IMG/VR virus record: IMGVR_UViG_3300045240_000178
Coordinates: 1 to 53,592 of that record
Source of the DNA: a virus
Lineage: Duplodnaviria; Caudoviricetes
Reading direction: 5' to 3' (one strand)
Length of the DNA: 53,592 nt
Shown: piece after piece, positions 1 to 7,809 of the stretch
Layout: every line of letters starts with the position of its first letter
How positions within the stretch are numbered: position 1 is the stretch's first letter
Notes under the pieces: model-generated
What the model saw: only the letters and a program-made list of their open reading frames with translations
Databases searched by the model: none
What the model was told of the DNA's origin: nothing
Translations under genes and position numbers: made by a program

Positions 1-130
1 CGAACGGACTCACAAGCTCGCGTCCCCCGAGGAAATCGCCCATCACCAGGCGATGCAACAGCAGCAGGCCGACGAACTGGCCGAGATCGAGCTGAAGCGC
101 AAAGGCCAGCTCGCCATGCCGAAGGACCTG
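1..130 (+). repeat. Terminal direct repeat, left copy (circular assembly overlap)
   Basis: Identical to 53463-53592 except position 127 C versus 53589 A. Confidence 0.97.
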
Positions 131-181
131 CAGGATCTGGTGCGGCTGGCCGCCGAACGCCAAACAAAAAAGGAGAAATAG
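1..181 (+). CDS. 3' part of a 113-aa protein spanning the circular junction (starts at 53302)
   Basis: Frame ...AMPKDLQDLVRLAAERQTKKEK ends at TAG 179-181, continuous with the ORF from 53302. Confidence 0.85.
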   Translation, partial: ERTHKLASPEEIAHHQAMQQQQADELAEIELKRKGQLAMPKDLQDLVRLAAERQTKKEK

Positions 182-184
182 CTC

Positions 185-559
185 ATGACGCAACGTGACA
201 TTACTACCGGTGAGCAGGCCGTCGCCGCCGCCGGCGCCGTTACCGGCACGCTCGATACTTCCGCCCTGGCCGCAACCGCGCTCAAATCCCTGAAGGTCAC
301 CGTCCGCGGCCTGGCGGCTGGAAAGCGCGCTCTCTTCGCCGTCGAAGACACCGCGAGCGCGACGCCGTTTAACGACGCGATCCAGGTAGCGGTTTTCCAC
401 TTCCAGGGATCCCAGCCCGTCGAAGGCGATGCGCGGGAGCGGGCGGTCTACGACATCCCCATGACGCGGTTCGGGGTGGCGAACTCCAAGCTGCGCCTGA
501 ATTGCCTGGCGATCGATGCGACGCCGGGAAGCGTTCTGGCGCACGCCTGGATCGAGTAG
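185..559 (+). CDS. Hypothetical virion (head accessory) protein, 124 aa
   Basis: AGGAG RBS at 171-175; position two genes downstream of the major capsid gene. Confidence 0.75.
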   Translation: MTQRDITTGEQAVAAAGAVTGTLDTSALAATALKSLKVTVRGLAAGKRALFAVEDTASATPFNDAIQVAVFHFQGSQPVEGDARERAVYDIPMTRFGVANSKLRLNCLAIDATPGSVLAHAWIE

Positions 560-605
560 CAGGCGGAAGGGTTTCCTCCTGAACCTCCAAGTGGGGGGAT
601 TTTTA

Positions 606-648
606 CGGCGCGGGTGCTGCTTTCCTTGGCACTCGCGCCGCCTTTTTC
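606..648 (+). terminator. Intrinsic terminator-like hairpin after the capsid genes
   Basis: cggcgcgggtgc...gcactcgcgccg stem (one G-U pair) followed by a T run. Confidence 0.65.
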
Positions 649-663
649 ATTTCTGAGGTCCTG

Positions 664-837
664 ATGACAGATACAGCCGAAGAAGCCGTGATGTTTTTGC
701 TGCTCCACGTGGCGCAGACTGCATCATTCCCCGCCACGCACTCTCGCGCGGTGGAACTGATGGACCGCCTGAAAGCGGAACACGCCGTAGACCAGGCCGA
801 AAACCGCGGCCGGAAGCCGAAGCCGGACAAGAGCTGA
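664..837 (+). CDS. Small hypothetical protein, 57 aa (MTDTAEEAVMFLLLHV...)
   Basis: GAGG RBS; TGA overlaps the ATG of the next gene (TGATG); below the ORF-track cutoff. Confidence 0.6.
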   Translation: MTDTAEEAVMFLLLHVAQTASFPATHSRAVELMDRLKAEHAVDQAENRGRKPKPDKS

Positions 838-1805
838 TGTTATTCACCGACTCCGATATCGTGACCGCCGCCGCCCTGGCGCAGATCGATAGCGAAGTCG
901 CGTCCGTGGCTGCCACAACCAAGCCGGTCATCACGATCGAAGGCCCCGCCTCGGTATGCGCGCTCGCCTGGCAGGAGTGCGGCAGGCGCATCCTGGCGGC
1001 GCAACAGATGTACACCTCCTACCTGGCCTCTCCCGGGATGACGGGAGGCGGTTTAGCGGCCGTCTGGAATACGGGCGTGCCGGCGGCGCGCAATCAGTCG
1101 CGCACCCGGCTGAATCAGATCGTGGCCACGGAATCGCAGTACGCCAACTCCGCGTCGGCCGTTGAAATGTGGATGGCCTACACGGCGCTCTCGATGTTCT
1201 ATCGGGACGCGAGCGCGCGCCTCGGGAAAGACCGCCTGCAGGAGAAGTACGAGCGCTACGGCAAGGATGCCGATTTCGCCTGGCGGCAGTTGCGGCAAGT
1301 CGGGCTGCCCTACCTCACGCAACCCCTGGAGTGCCCCGGCGCCAGGCACGGGGCCAACGCGGGAACGTGGGGCCCGACGAACCTCTCGACGATAGGCGGA
1401 TCCGGCACGGCGCAGGCGCTGCAGGTGGCAATCACGTACTACGATTCGTCGCGGTACGTGTCGGAGGTGGCGAACGGCAACGCGGAGTCGGCGCCGTCCG
1501 TGGTGTTCCCGATCGCACAGGCGCTCGGGCAGGTGCTCCGGGTGTCGATCGCTTCGTTGAATCCGCCTACGGGCCAGATGGATCGGGTGGGTCTGTCGTC
1601 AGGGCTGATGACGCCGCTCAACGCGAGCCACTGGATTTTGTGGATTGGCGTGGCCGGCGGGCCGCTCTACTGGCAGGCGGCGACGCCAATCGGGACGAAG
1701 ACGGTTACCCTCGTGGCGGATCCCGTGACGACGGGGTACATGATGGGCGGCGGCCAGGTGCCGGACCTGGCGCTCACGTTTCAGAACACGGTGGGGAGAG
1801 GCTGA
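837..1805 (+). CDS. Putative head-tail connector/neck protein, 322 aa
   Basis: Long coupled ORF between capsid and minor capsid genes; function inferred from synteny. Confidence 0.6.
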   Translation: MLFTDSDIVTAAALAQIDSEVASVAATTKPVITIEGPASVCALAWQECGRRILAAQQMYTSYLASPGMTGGGLAAVWNTGVPAARNQSRTRLNQIVATESQYANSASAVEMWMAYTALSMFYRDASARLGKDRLQEKYERYGKDADFAWRQLRQVGLPYLTQPLECPGARHGANAGTWGPTNLSTIGGSGTAQALQVAITYYDSSRYVSEVANGNAESAPSVVFPIAQALGQVLRVSIASLNPPTGQMDRVGLSSGLMTPLNASHWILWIGVAGGPLYWQAATPIGTKTVTLVADPVTTGYMMGGGQVPDLALTFQNTVGRG

Positions 1806-2641
1806 TGGCCGACCTCCGCGATATTGTCGCCCGCCACAACCGCAGCCAGGACGCCCTGGTCGCCACCTTCGAGTCGCACCTCCGCGACATCACCATGCGC
1901 GCGCAAGGCCGCGTCATCGCCCGGCTGCAGGCCCGCCTTGCGATCACTGACGGGGTGATCGACTCGACCGCCGGCAACATGCAAATCCTTCGCAACGCAG
2001 GGCGGTTGTTCATGGCGGAGATGGACAAGGCCGGCTACCAGCGGCTGGTGGACGCCTTCGTGATGGAGTTCCGCGGCACGCTGCCCTTCCTGCAGGAGAC
2101 GCTCGAACTGTTGGGCGAGCAGGCGGGGCAGAAGTGGGGGACGGACCTCGGCTTTACCACGCGCGACCTGTCGCTGCTCGGCGCAACGCAGGCGAATACC
2201 GTGGCGGCGCTGACGGGTGCGATCGAGGCGGTGGCCGGCCAGGCGGTGACGCGCGGGCTGTTCGGCGTGGCGGGTCTGCGCTTCGGGTCGCTGGTCGAGA
2301 TGCTCACCGCGCGGTTCGAAACGAGCATCGGGAAGGCGCGGACGATCGCCGACACGGGGATGAGCACGTTCTACCGGACGGCCTCGGAGCGGTCGTTCCA
2401 GATCATCGCCAAGGATCTGCCGGCGCAGGTGCTCAAGTACCGGTTTAGTGGGCCCGCCGACTTGCTCGAAAGGCCGTTCTGCCGCGCGTTGACGCTGGCC
2501 GGGAAGAGCTACACGCGCGAGCAGATCGACGCCATGGATAACGGGCAGCTACCGAATACGATGATCACAGTTGGCGGATGGAACTGCCGGCACGCCTGGA
2601 ACCTCTCGGTTAGCGATCTGACGCTTCAGGAGGCCGCGTGA
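1805..2641 (+). CDS. Phage minor capsid / head morphogenesis protein (SPP1 gp7 / Mu F-like)
   Basis: True start MADLRD at 1805 (TGATG overlap); C-terminal RPFC...GGWNCRH motif typical of the family. Confidence 0.8.
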   Translation: MADLRDIVARHNRSQDALVATFESHLRDITMRAQGRVIARLQARLAITDGVIDSTAGNMQILRNAGRLFMAEMDKAGYQRLVDAFVMEFRGTLPFLQETLELLGEQAGQKWGTDLGFTTRDLSLLGATQANTVAALTGAIEAVAGQAVTRGLFGVAGLRFGSLVEMLTARFETSIGKARTIADTGMSTFYRTASERSFQIIAKDLPAQVLKYRFSGPADLLERPFCRALTLAGKSYTREQIDAMDNGQLPNTMITVGGWNCRHAWNLSVSDLTLQEAA

Positions 2642-2802
2642 TCTACCCGCGATTGCTCGTGCCACGCGATCAACTCCCGAAGTTGCTCCTCGGTCAGTTT
2701 GCCGAACGCGGTCATCGAAAGCGTCGGGTGCATCGGGCCGCCGGCCATGACGGCGCGAGCCGCCTGCAGTTCCAGGTACTGCCTCGGGGTCAGATCGCTC
2801 AC
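2626..2802 (-). CDS. Moron operon gene 5, hypothetical 58 aa
   Basis: GTG start overlapping the upstream stop (GTGA); VSDLTPRQYLEL... Confidence 0.55.
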   Translation of the reverse strand: MSDLTPRQYLELQAARAVMAGGPMHPTLSMTAFGKLTEEQLRELIAWHEQSRVDHAAS

Positions 2803-2969
2803 CGCTTCTTCTCCGCCTTCGGCGCAAACCGTAACCGAAATACCGAAGCCGCGACTTCCTCGGCAAGCGCGGCGGCGAACGGTGCGAGCACGCGGCGGCT
2901 CGCTGCATCCAGTTTCGCCGCGCGTTCCTTGCACAGCGCGCACGTCCCGCAGATGCATAGCGTAGTCAT
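2799..2969 (-). CDS. Moron operon gene 4, Cys-rich 56 aa (MTTLCICGTCALCK...)
   Basis: ATG directly after the upstream TAA; CxCxxCxxC motif. Confidence 0.55.
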   Translation of the reverse strand: MTTLCICGTCALCKERAAKLDAASRRVLAPFAAALAEEVAASVFRLRFAPKAEKKR

Positions 2970-3122
2970 TTACGGCTCCGGCTCTGCCTTCGGCATCTCC
3001 ACCACTTCCGCCGGCGCGTCGGGCAAGGGCGAGATGCGCACGTCGAGCGCGTACCGCTTGCCCATCAGGTCGATGGTCACGCGATGCGCGGGGCGGGGGA
3101 GTGGGGTGGGTTTATCGGGCAT
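2970..3122 (-). CDS. Moron operon gene 3, hypothetical 50 aa (MPDKPTPLP...)
   Basis: AAGGA RBS; tightly packed with its neighbours. Confidence 0.55.
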   Translation of the reverse strand: MPDKPTPLPRPAHRVTIDLMGKRYALDVRISPLPDAPAEVVEMPKAEPEP

Positions 3123-3125
3123 GGG

Positions 3126-3299
3126 TCAATCCTTCGCCGGAGCTGAACGCGCCAGCCATCGCTGTCGCGCTTCAGGCGGATCCAAAACGTCCAGGATGTT
3201 GCAGGTCACGTTGAGCGTCCCATTCGGCCCGGGAACCAAGCAGTCCTCCGGAAACTCCACCAGCATGCGGATAGGTCCGTACGTAAGCTCAGCGACCAC
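3126..3299 (-). CDS. Moron operon gene 2, hypothetical 57 aa
   Basis: GTG start overlapping the end of gene 1. Confidence 0.5.
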   Translation of the reverse strand: MVAELTYGPIRMLVEFPEDCLVPGPNGTLNVTCNILDVLDPPEARQRWLARSAPAKD

Positions 3300-3537
3300 G
3301 CTTCGGCACCTTCGTCGGGCCGGACTTGCGCCCCAGTTGGGCGGGGGCCGGGGGGATATACGCGTTCGCGGTGCAGAAGTCGCTGATTCGCTTCTCTTCA
3401 CGGCGCGCGGCGAGGCCCATCGCCTGAATTTCGGCGCGCCGCTTTGGAGTCATGGCGGCGAGTCCCTTGCGACCCTTCACCAGCCCGCCCTTCCTGCCCA
3501 GCGCGACGGCGGCGGGGTCTTTACGCTTGATGGCCAC
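3289..3537 (-). CDS. Moron operon gene 1, basic KGG-motif protein (KDPAAVALGRKGGL), putative nucleic-acid binder
   Basis: Recognisable AAVALGRKGG motif; GTG 7 nt downstream of an extended -10. Confidence 0.7.
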   Translation of the reverse strand: MAIKRKDPAAVALGRKGGLVKGRKGLAAMTPKRRAEIQAMGLAARREEKRISDFCTANAYIPPAPAQLGRKSGPTKVPKRGR

Positions 3538-3543
3538 GACCAC

Positions 3544-3565
3544 AGTGTATCAATAAGCGCTTATT
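3544..3565 (-). promoter_or_regulatory. Extended -10 promoter (TGA-TACACT) with 14-bp palindromic operator AATAAGCGCTTATT
   Basis: -10 at 3549-3544 on the minus strand; perfect palindrome at 3552-3565. Confidence 0.6.
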
Positions 3566-3580
3566 TGCGGGTGGCAATTC

Positions 3581-4276
3581 ATGGCCGCTAGCGCCACTTT
3601 CGTCGGACCGGGCGGAGCCGATGCCGGAACCTCGATCCGCGCCACGGTCGCGGCGTTAACTGTTATCACGGTGGGCGATCTGTTGTTCGTCGGCGAGGTG
3701 TACCGATCGCGCATCAGGGAGCGCACTTTCGCCGGCATCGACGTCAACGGCGCGCCGTTCGCACCCTACGCCAACGGGAAGGCCTTCTACTTCTACCCGA
3801 ATCGCGACTCCGCATCCGGACGCACTCCAGCAGGCCGCGCGGCGCGCGCCACGGCAGCCAAGAACCGCCACGCGAAGACCGGGCGCATCGGGATCCGGAC
3901 GGCGACGGGCATCCGGTACGAATCCTACGCGGCGGCGAAGGCGGCGCACGGCGTGGCGAACGTGAATTTATTCGGCCTCGAACAGCATCCGCACATGCTG
4001 GACGCGATCATGGTCCGCGCCGGCGGCTCGGAAGTAGCCGGAAGCGTCGGGCTTCCGAGTTTCGGTTCCGAGTTCGAAGCGTTCGAGCAGAATCAGCCAT
4101 GCACCAGCCTGACGCTGGGCTTCTACGGCGAAGAGGCAGCGCGCGCGCGGGGCCACAACGAAGGTACGAGCAAGCTGCCCCCGCGGCAGTTCTTCGCATT
4201 GAATGCGGAAGATCTGGCGCTCGGCGAAAAGGCGATCGCGCAGCGGATGGCCATCCGGGCGAGGGGGCGGCGGTGA
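3581..4276 (+). CDS. Phage virion morphogenesis / tail completion protein (Mu G / P2 S-like)
   Basis: C-terminal GHNEG..KLPPRQFF motif matches the family H..G...P.R.F signature; synteny. Confidence 0.7.
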   Translation: MAASATFVGPGGADAGTSIRATVAALTVITVGDLLFVGEVYRSRIRERTFAGIDVNGAPFAPYANGKAFYFYPNRDSASGRTPAGRAARATAAKNRHAKTGRIGIRTATGIRYESYAAAKAAHGVANVNLFGLEQHPHMLDAIMVRAGGSEVAGSVGLPSFGSEFEAFEQNQPCTSLTLGFYGEEAARARGHNEGTSKLPPRQFFALNAEDLALGEKAIAQRMAIRARGRR

Positions 4277-4788
4277 TCTCGAAACTCATCCGCGACGCTA
4301 TCAAGACCCAGCTTTCAGCCGCCGGCACCGGCCTGAACGACCGCATCGCCGCGCTGGCCGCATCCTACGGAGTCGCGCCCTACGCGATCGACTGGACCGC
4401 CAACTCCACCAACTTTATTTTCGGGCGCGTGTCATCAGCCGCCTTCGAGGAGAGCAGCGTCTTCACCTACCCTCTGCTGACCATCGACACCGTGCGAACC
4501 CAGCACACCAACCGGGTCAAGTTCGCCACGTTCGCCGGACCGGTAATTGCCACGGTGGACGTGCATCACTCCTGGGCGGACGAATCGGTGCTGGCGGACT
4601 TCGCATCGCTCGTAGACCTGACGGAAGACGCCGTGATCGCGGCGCTCAACGACATGAATCACCAGTCCTGGCCGGGCAACCTCCTGTGGAACGGGCAGGT
4701 CGGGCTGCAGCGCGGCGGGATTGCGATGGGCGGATACGGGTGGATCCAGAGCGCGCAGTTTATCTTGCAGTTCGAGTTGATCGTATGA
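4273..4788 (+). CDS. Putative tail terminator protein, 171 aa
   Basis: GTGA overlap start; size and position upstream of the tail tube gene. Confidence 0.6.
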   Translation: MISKLIRDAIKTQLSAAGTGLNDRIAALAASYGVAPYAIDWTANSTNFIFGRVSSAAFEESSVFTYPLLTIDTVRTQHTNRVKFATFAGPVIATVDVHHSWADESVLADFASLVDLTEDAVIAALNDMNHQSWPGNLLWNGQVGLQRGGIAMGGYGWIQSAQFILQFELIV

Positions 4789-5201
4789 AGGAGCTTTTCT
4801 TTTCGCTTCAAGACGATCTCGACAGCGTGTGCCGAAAGTTCAAGCATCCGAAGGTGACGCTGATCGTGCGCGCGCCAGAGCTGCCCGACGGCGACGTCGT
4901 GATCGGCAATGACGACCTGGATGAAGCAATCGGCGCAATCAATCGACTGAAGGCGAGAACGCCTGTAATGTCGCCGACGCCTCCGCCCCTGGCGCCAGTC
5001 CCCACCACTCGGGAGGAGGCAGCGGCCTTTTTCGCCCGGTACGGAAACGTCGGAGAAGTGCGAGACCTTCTGAGAACAGGGCCGACCGTCGAACAACTCT
5101 TAGCAGCCGGGAACGCGGCAGTCATGGGAGGGCAGCTACCCTCTACCGTCGACGTTGCCGTGTCCCTGATACAGGAAAAAGGAGTCAAACATCATGTCTA
5201 A
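4785..5201 (+). CDS. Hypothetical protein, 138 aa (MKELFFSLQDD...)
   Basis: ATGA overlap with the previous gene. Confidence 0.65.
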   Translation: MKELFFSLQDDLDSVCRKFKHPKVTLIVRAPELPDGDVVIGNDDLDEAIGAINRLKARTPVMSPTPPPLAPVPTTREEAAAFFARYGNVGEVRDLLRTGPTVEQLLAAGNAAVMGGQLPSTVDVAVSLIQEKGVKHHV

Positions 5202-5550
5202 ATTCGTTCTTATCGGCGGGCCGTTCGAGATCTCGGATCACCCAGAATTCGCCGGCCAGGCGCACGCCGAGCGCGTCTTCGGCGACGTGCTCGAAATGCC
5301 GGATGAGCTGGCCAACCGCGCTATCTCAGAAGGCGCGGCGATGCTGCCCGAGGCGACGTTCCAGAAGTGCAACTTCTCTGTCGAGGAGATCAAGGCCTAC
5401 CCCAACCCGCGCCTGCAGGTTGGCGCACCCGCATCCTGGCACAAGAAGCACCTGGCCGCGCGCCTCTTGCTGCACGACTATCGCGAGCAGCTCGCCAATC
5501 CCAAACCCGTCGCGCCGGCGCCGGCATCCACGAAACCCGAGGTAAAGTAA
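5194..5550 (+). CDS. Hypothetical protein, 118 aa
   Basis: AAAGGAG RBS; co-directional with the structural operon. Confidence 0.75.
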   Translation: MSKFVLIGGPFEISDHPEFAGQAHAERVFGDVLEMPDELANRAISEGAAMLPEATFQKCNFSVEEIKAYPNPRLQVGAPASWHKKHLAARLLLHDYREQLANPKPVAPAPASTKPEVK

Positions 5551-5551
5551 C

Positions 5552-6601
5552 ATGCCACAGTTCACCATCCCCCGTTTAGAACGCGTCATCATCGGCCCGC
5601 AGACCGTGCTCGGCACCGTACCCAACACCGCCGGCGTCTGGACTTCCACCGCGGCGAAGCTGCTGCGCACCGGTGTCAACGGCTGCCAGATGAAGGCCGC
5701 GGCGCCGCTCACGCCCGTGCCGTGGAAGACCGGCACCCGATCGACCCAGCCGGGCATCGTGGGCCGCAAGTCTGCCACCTGGGCGCTTCCCAGCATGCCG
5801 GTGATCCTCTCAGGGACCGCGGGCACGCCGGCGGACTCCGATATCCTGATGGCCGCGATCTTCGGGCAGGCGGCCGGCGCCGTGGCGGCTGCCGTCTCCG
5901 TCACGTACGGCTTCAGCGACACCAACTTCCCCACGTTCACGCTGGCGCGCTTCCAGCATCTACTGGCAGGGAAGAGCGAGCAGTTCGCCTACGGCTGCAC
6001 GGTGGAAGAGGCATCGTTCGCGCTGAACGGCAACGTGTTCGAGATGTCTTCCTCGGGGCGCGCCTACTGGGCGCTCGAATCGGAGAATTTCGCCAACGAA
6101 GACGTGCTCGGCAAGGGCGGGTTGACGGCGTACCCCTTGGAGCTGGCGACGCCCACCGTAGTCGGCGCCATCCAGAACGGCTTCACCGGGATCGCGACGT
6201 TCGACGCCAACGTCATGGATCCGACCTCGGCGCCCCTGATCGCCTGCTCCCTGCGGATCCGCACCGGCACCGTGCTTTACATGGACAACTTCGGCAACGT
6301 CTATGCGTCAACGCCGGGCGGTGGAGAGCGGGCAGTGAGTATCTCGGCAGACTTCCAGGATTCGGACTCGGCGGCGATCAACAACCTGAAAGTGAAGGCG
6401 AAAGCGAAGACGCCATTCAACGTCACGCTGCAGGTGGGAACGATTGCGGGGTCGATCTGCACGTTCAATATCAAGAGCGTGCAGCTTGAGCTGGGCAACT
6501 ACTCCGACGACGGAGCGCGCGTGAAGACGTCGTTCGGCGAGAGCATGGCGCACGCATCGGCGATCGCGAATATCGACGACGTGACGATGGTGCACACGTA
6601 G
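5552..6601 (+). CDS. Major tail tube protein, 349 aa
   Basis: Thr/Ala/Gly-rich beta-type sequence; FAYGCTV-type motif; precedes chaperone and tape measure genes. Confidence 0.8.
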   Translation: MPQFTIPRLERVIIGPQTVLGTVPNTAGVWTSTAAKLLRTGVNGCQMKAAAPLTPVPWKTGTRSTQPGIVGRKSATWALPSMPVILSGTAGTPADSDILMAAIFGQAAGAVAAAVSVTYGFSDTNFPTFTLARFQHLLAGKSEQFAYGCTVEEASFALNGNVFEMSSSGRAYWALESENFANEDVLGKGGLTAYPLELATPTVVGAIQNGFTGIATFDANVMDPTSAPLIACSLRIRTGTVLYMDNFGNVYASTPGGGERAVSISADFQDSDSAAINNLKVKAKAKTPFNVTLQVGTIAGSICTFNIKSVQLELGNYSDDGARVKTSFGESMAHASAIANIDDVTMVHT

Positions 6602-6605
6602 ACCT

Positions 6606-6857
6606 ATGATCGACATCAATCGAGCTACAAGCGTGACGCCGGAAGTCTCGGCGTTAGTAGATGACATGTTCGACTATCACAAGTGGACTCCGGAACAGGT
6701 CGAAGCAGGCGGCCGTATTCGCAAGGCGCTGGCCGATGCGGTCCGGGTCATTATCGCGGACGTGCCGCCATCGCCGGACCGGACCGCCGCCATTCGGAAG
6801 CTGCGAGACGCGCGGATGGACTGCAACTCGGCCATCACGCACAGAGGGAAGTACTGA
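6606..6857 (+). CDS. Acb2/Tad1-like cyclic-nucleotide sponge (anti-defence) protein, 83 aa
   Basis: F-x-YH...EQ....IR...P-S-x-DR-x-x-AIRKL-x-DA-x-M-x-x-N-x-AI pattern of the Acb2/Tad1 hairpin family. Confidence 0.65.
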   Translation: MIDINRATSVTPEVSALVDDMFDYHKWTPEQVEAGGRIRKALADAVRVIIADVPPSPDRTAAIRKLRDARMDCNSAITHRGKY

Positions 6858-6859
6858 GC

Positions 6860-7510
6860 ATGTTCGCACGCACCGTGATACACGATTCAACCACCACTCC
6901 CGGCGTGAGCTTCGAAGTCCGCCGCATGGGCCTGGGCACGCGCACCGATCTCGACTTCGAGACGCTTGCCCACCGGCAGAGACTCCGCGAACTCGAAAGC
7001 GACTACCCCGTGCCCTGCGGAAAGGAAGCGGAGTTGTCCGCCCAACTTGAGATTGCGAAGCGGAAGTCTCTCGCCGTTCCCGCCGATCAATTCGAAGCCG
7101 TACTCGAGGCCGATGTGAAGCCGCTGGCGCTCGAACTCCAAGCAGCCATCCCGATTGACGTGCGGAAGAAACGCGCGGTCATCGATGAGGAGTATGCGCA
7201 GGTCGATGCCCGTCTTCGGGCGGCGTGGATCCGCTCCGGGCTGATCGCAATCAACGGCGGCGAACTCGACGGCATGAACGCGGAGGAGCTGCTGGACTAC
7301 GGGCCGCGGGCTCTGGCGCAGGAGATTTACTTGTTGCTGGTGAATGATGGGCGATTGCGAGGAGGCGAAATCCCAAACTTAGGACCGCCTATCACTTCTG
7401 GCGAAGCGGTGGGTGGGGACAGTCAGAATTCAACTGCGGGAAGTGCCGGGGTCCTGCAGGTGGTTGGTACGTTGAACGAAATTGTTTCAAGTACTTTCCG
7501 GCCAACGTAG
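6860..7510 (+). CDS. Tail assembly chaperone (lambda G-like)
   Basis: Start MFARTV at 6860; lies between tail tube and tape measure; contains the slippery site. Confidence 0.8.
   Translation: MFARTVIHDSTTTPGVSFEVRRMGLGTRTDLDFETLAHRQRLRELESDYPVPCGKEAELSAQLEIAKRKSLAVPADQFEAVLEADVKPLALELQAAIPIDVRKKRAVIDEEYAQVDARLRAAWIRSGLIAINGGELDGMNAEELLDYGPRALAQEIYLLLVNDGRLRGGEIPNLGPPITSGEAVGGDSQNSTAGSAGVLQVVGTLNEIVSSTFRPT
7372..7378 (+). other. Programmed -1 ribosomal frameshift site C CCA AAC
   Basis: X XXY YYZ heptamer in the correct frame; -1 frame open from 7378 to TAA 7809. Confidence 0.8.
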
Positions 7511-7809
7511 ACCCGCGGAGAGCGAAATGGTGGATGCCAACCTACACCGCGAACCGGAGCACACAGCAGGGGCGGGAAGCTTTCCATTGGAGAATACCGG
7601 AGATCTGGGAGAGCGAGTGTCCAGTATCGAGTATTTCCCAGCGGAGTTTTGAGTTAGTGCAGATCGTGAATATGTTGCAGACGGCGAAGGAATCGACGGG
7701 ATCGACGGTAGGGGCGGATGAGATGCCGGGGTTCCTGCTCGATGCGGTGCGGATTTGCGAGAGCGAGAGCAGGACGGTTGAGACGGCGATGGAGGAGGCA
7801 AACAGCTAA
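7378..7809 (+). CDS. Frameshifted C-terminal part of the tail chaperone (GT fusion, about 316 aa in total)
   Basis: LRTAYHFW...NCGKC...ECP...EEANS; no own start at 7378; stop overlaps the tape measure ATG. Confidence 0.75.
   Translation, partial: LRTAYHFWRSGGWGQSEFNCGKCRGPAGGWYVERNCFKYFPANVDPRRAKWWMPTYTANRSTQQGREAFHWRIPEIWESECPVSSISQRSFELVQIVNMLQTAKESTGSTVGADEMPGFLLDAVRICESESRTVETAMEEANS

Noticed and set aside
1-130. Terminal repeat as the physical direct terminal repeat of the virion DNA
   Set aside because: It falls in the middle of a gene and has the length of a typical assembler overlap; physical ends cannot be inferred
1169-1804. N-terminal extensions given by the ORF track (also at 4099, 4203, 6683, 15480, 33886, 42129, 49837)
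   Set aside because: They overlap upstream genes; internal starts with start/stop coupling or an RBS are more plausible
2638-3591. 317-aa plus-strand ORF filling the gap in the structural operon
   Set aside because: Arg/Ser/Gly-rich shadow-like composition; the coupled minus-strand micro-ORFs with their own promoter explain the region better
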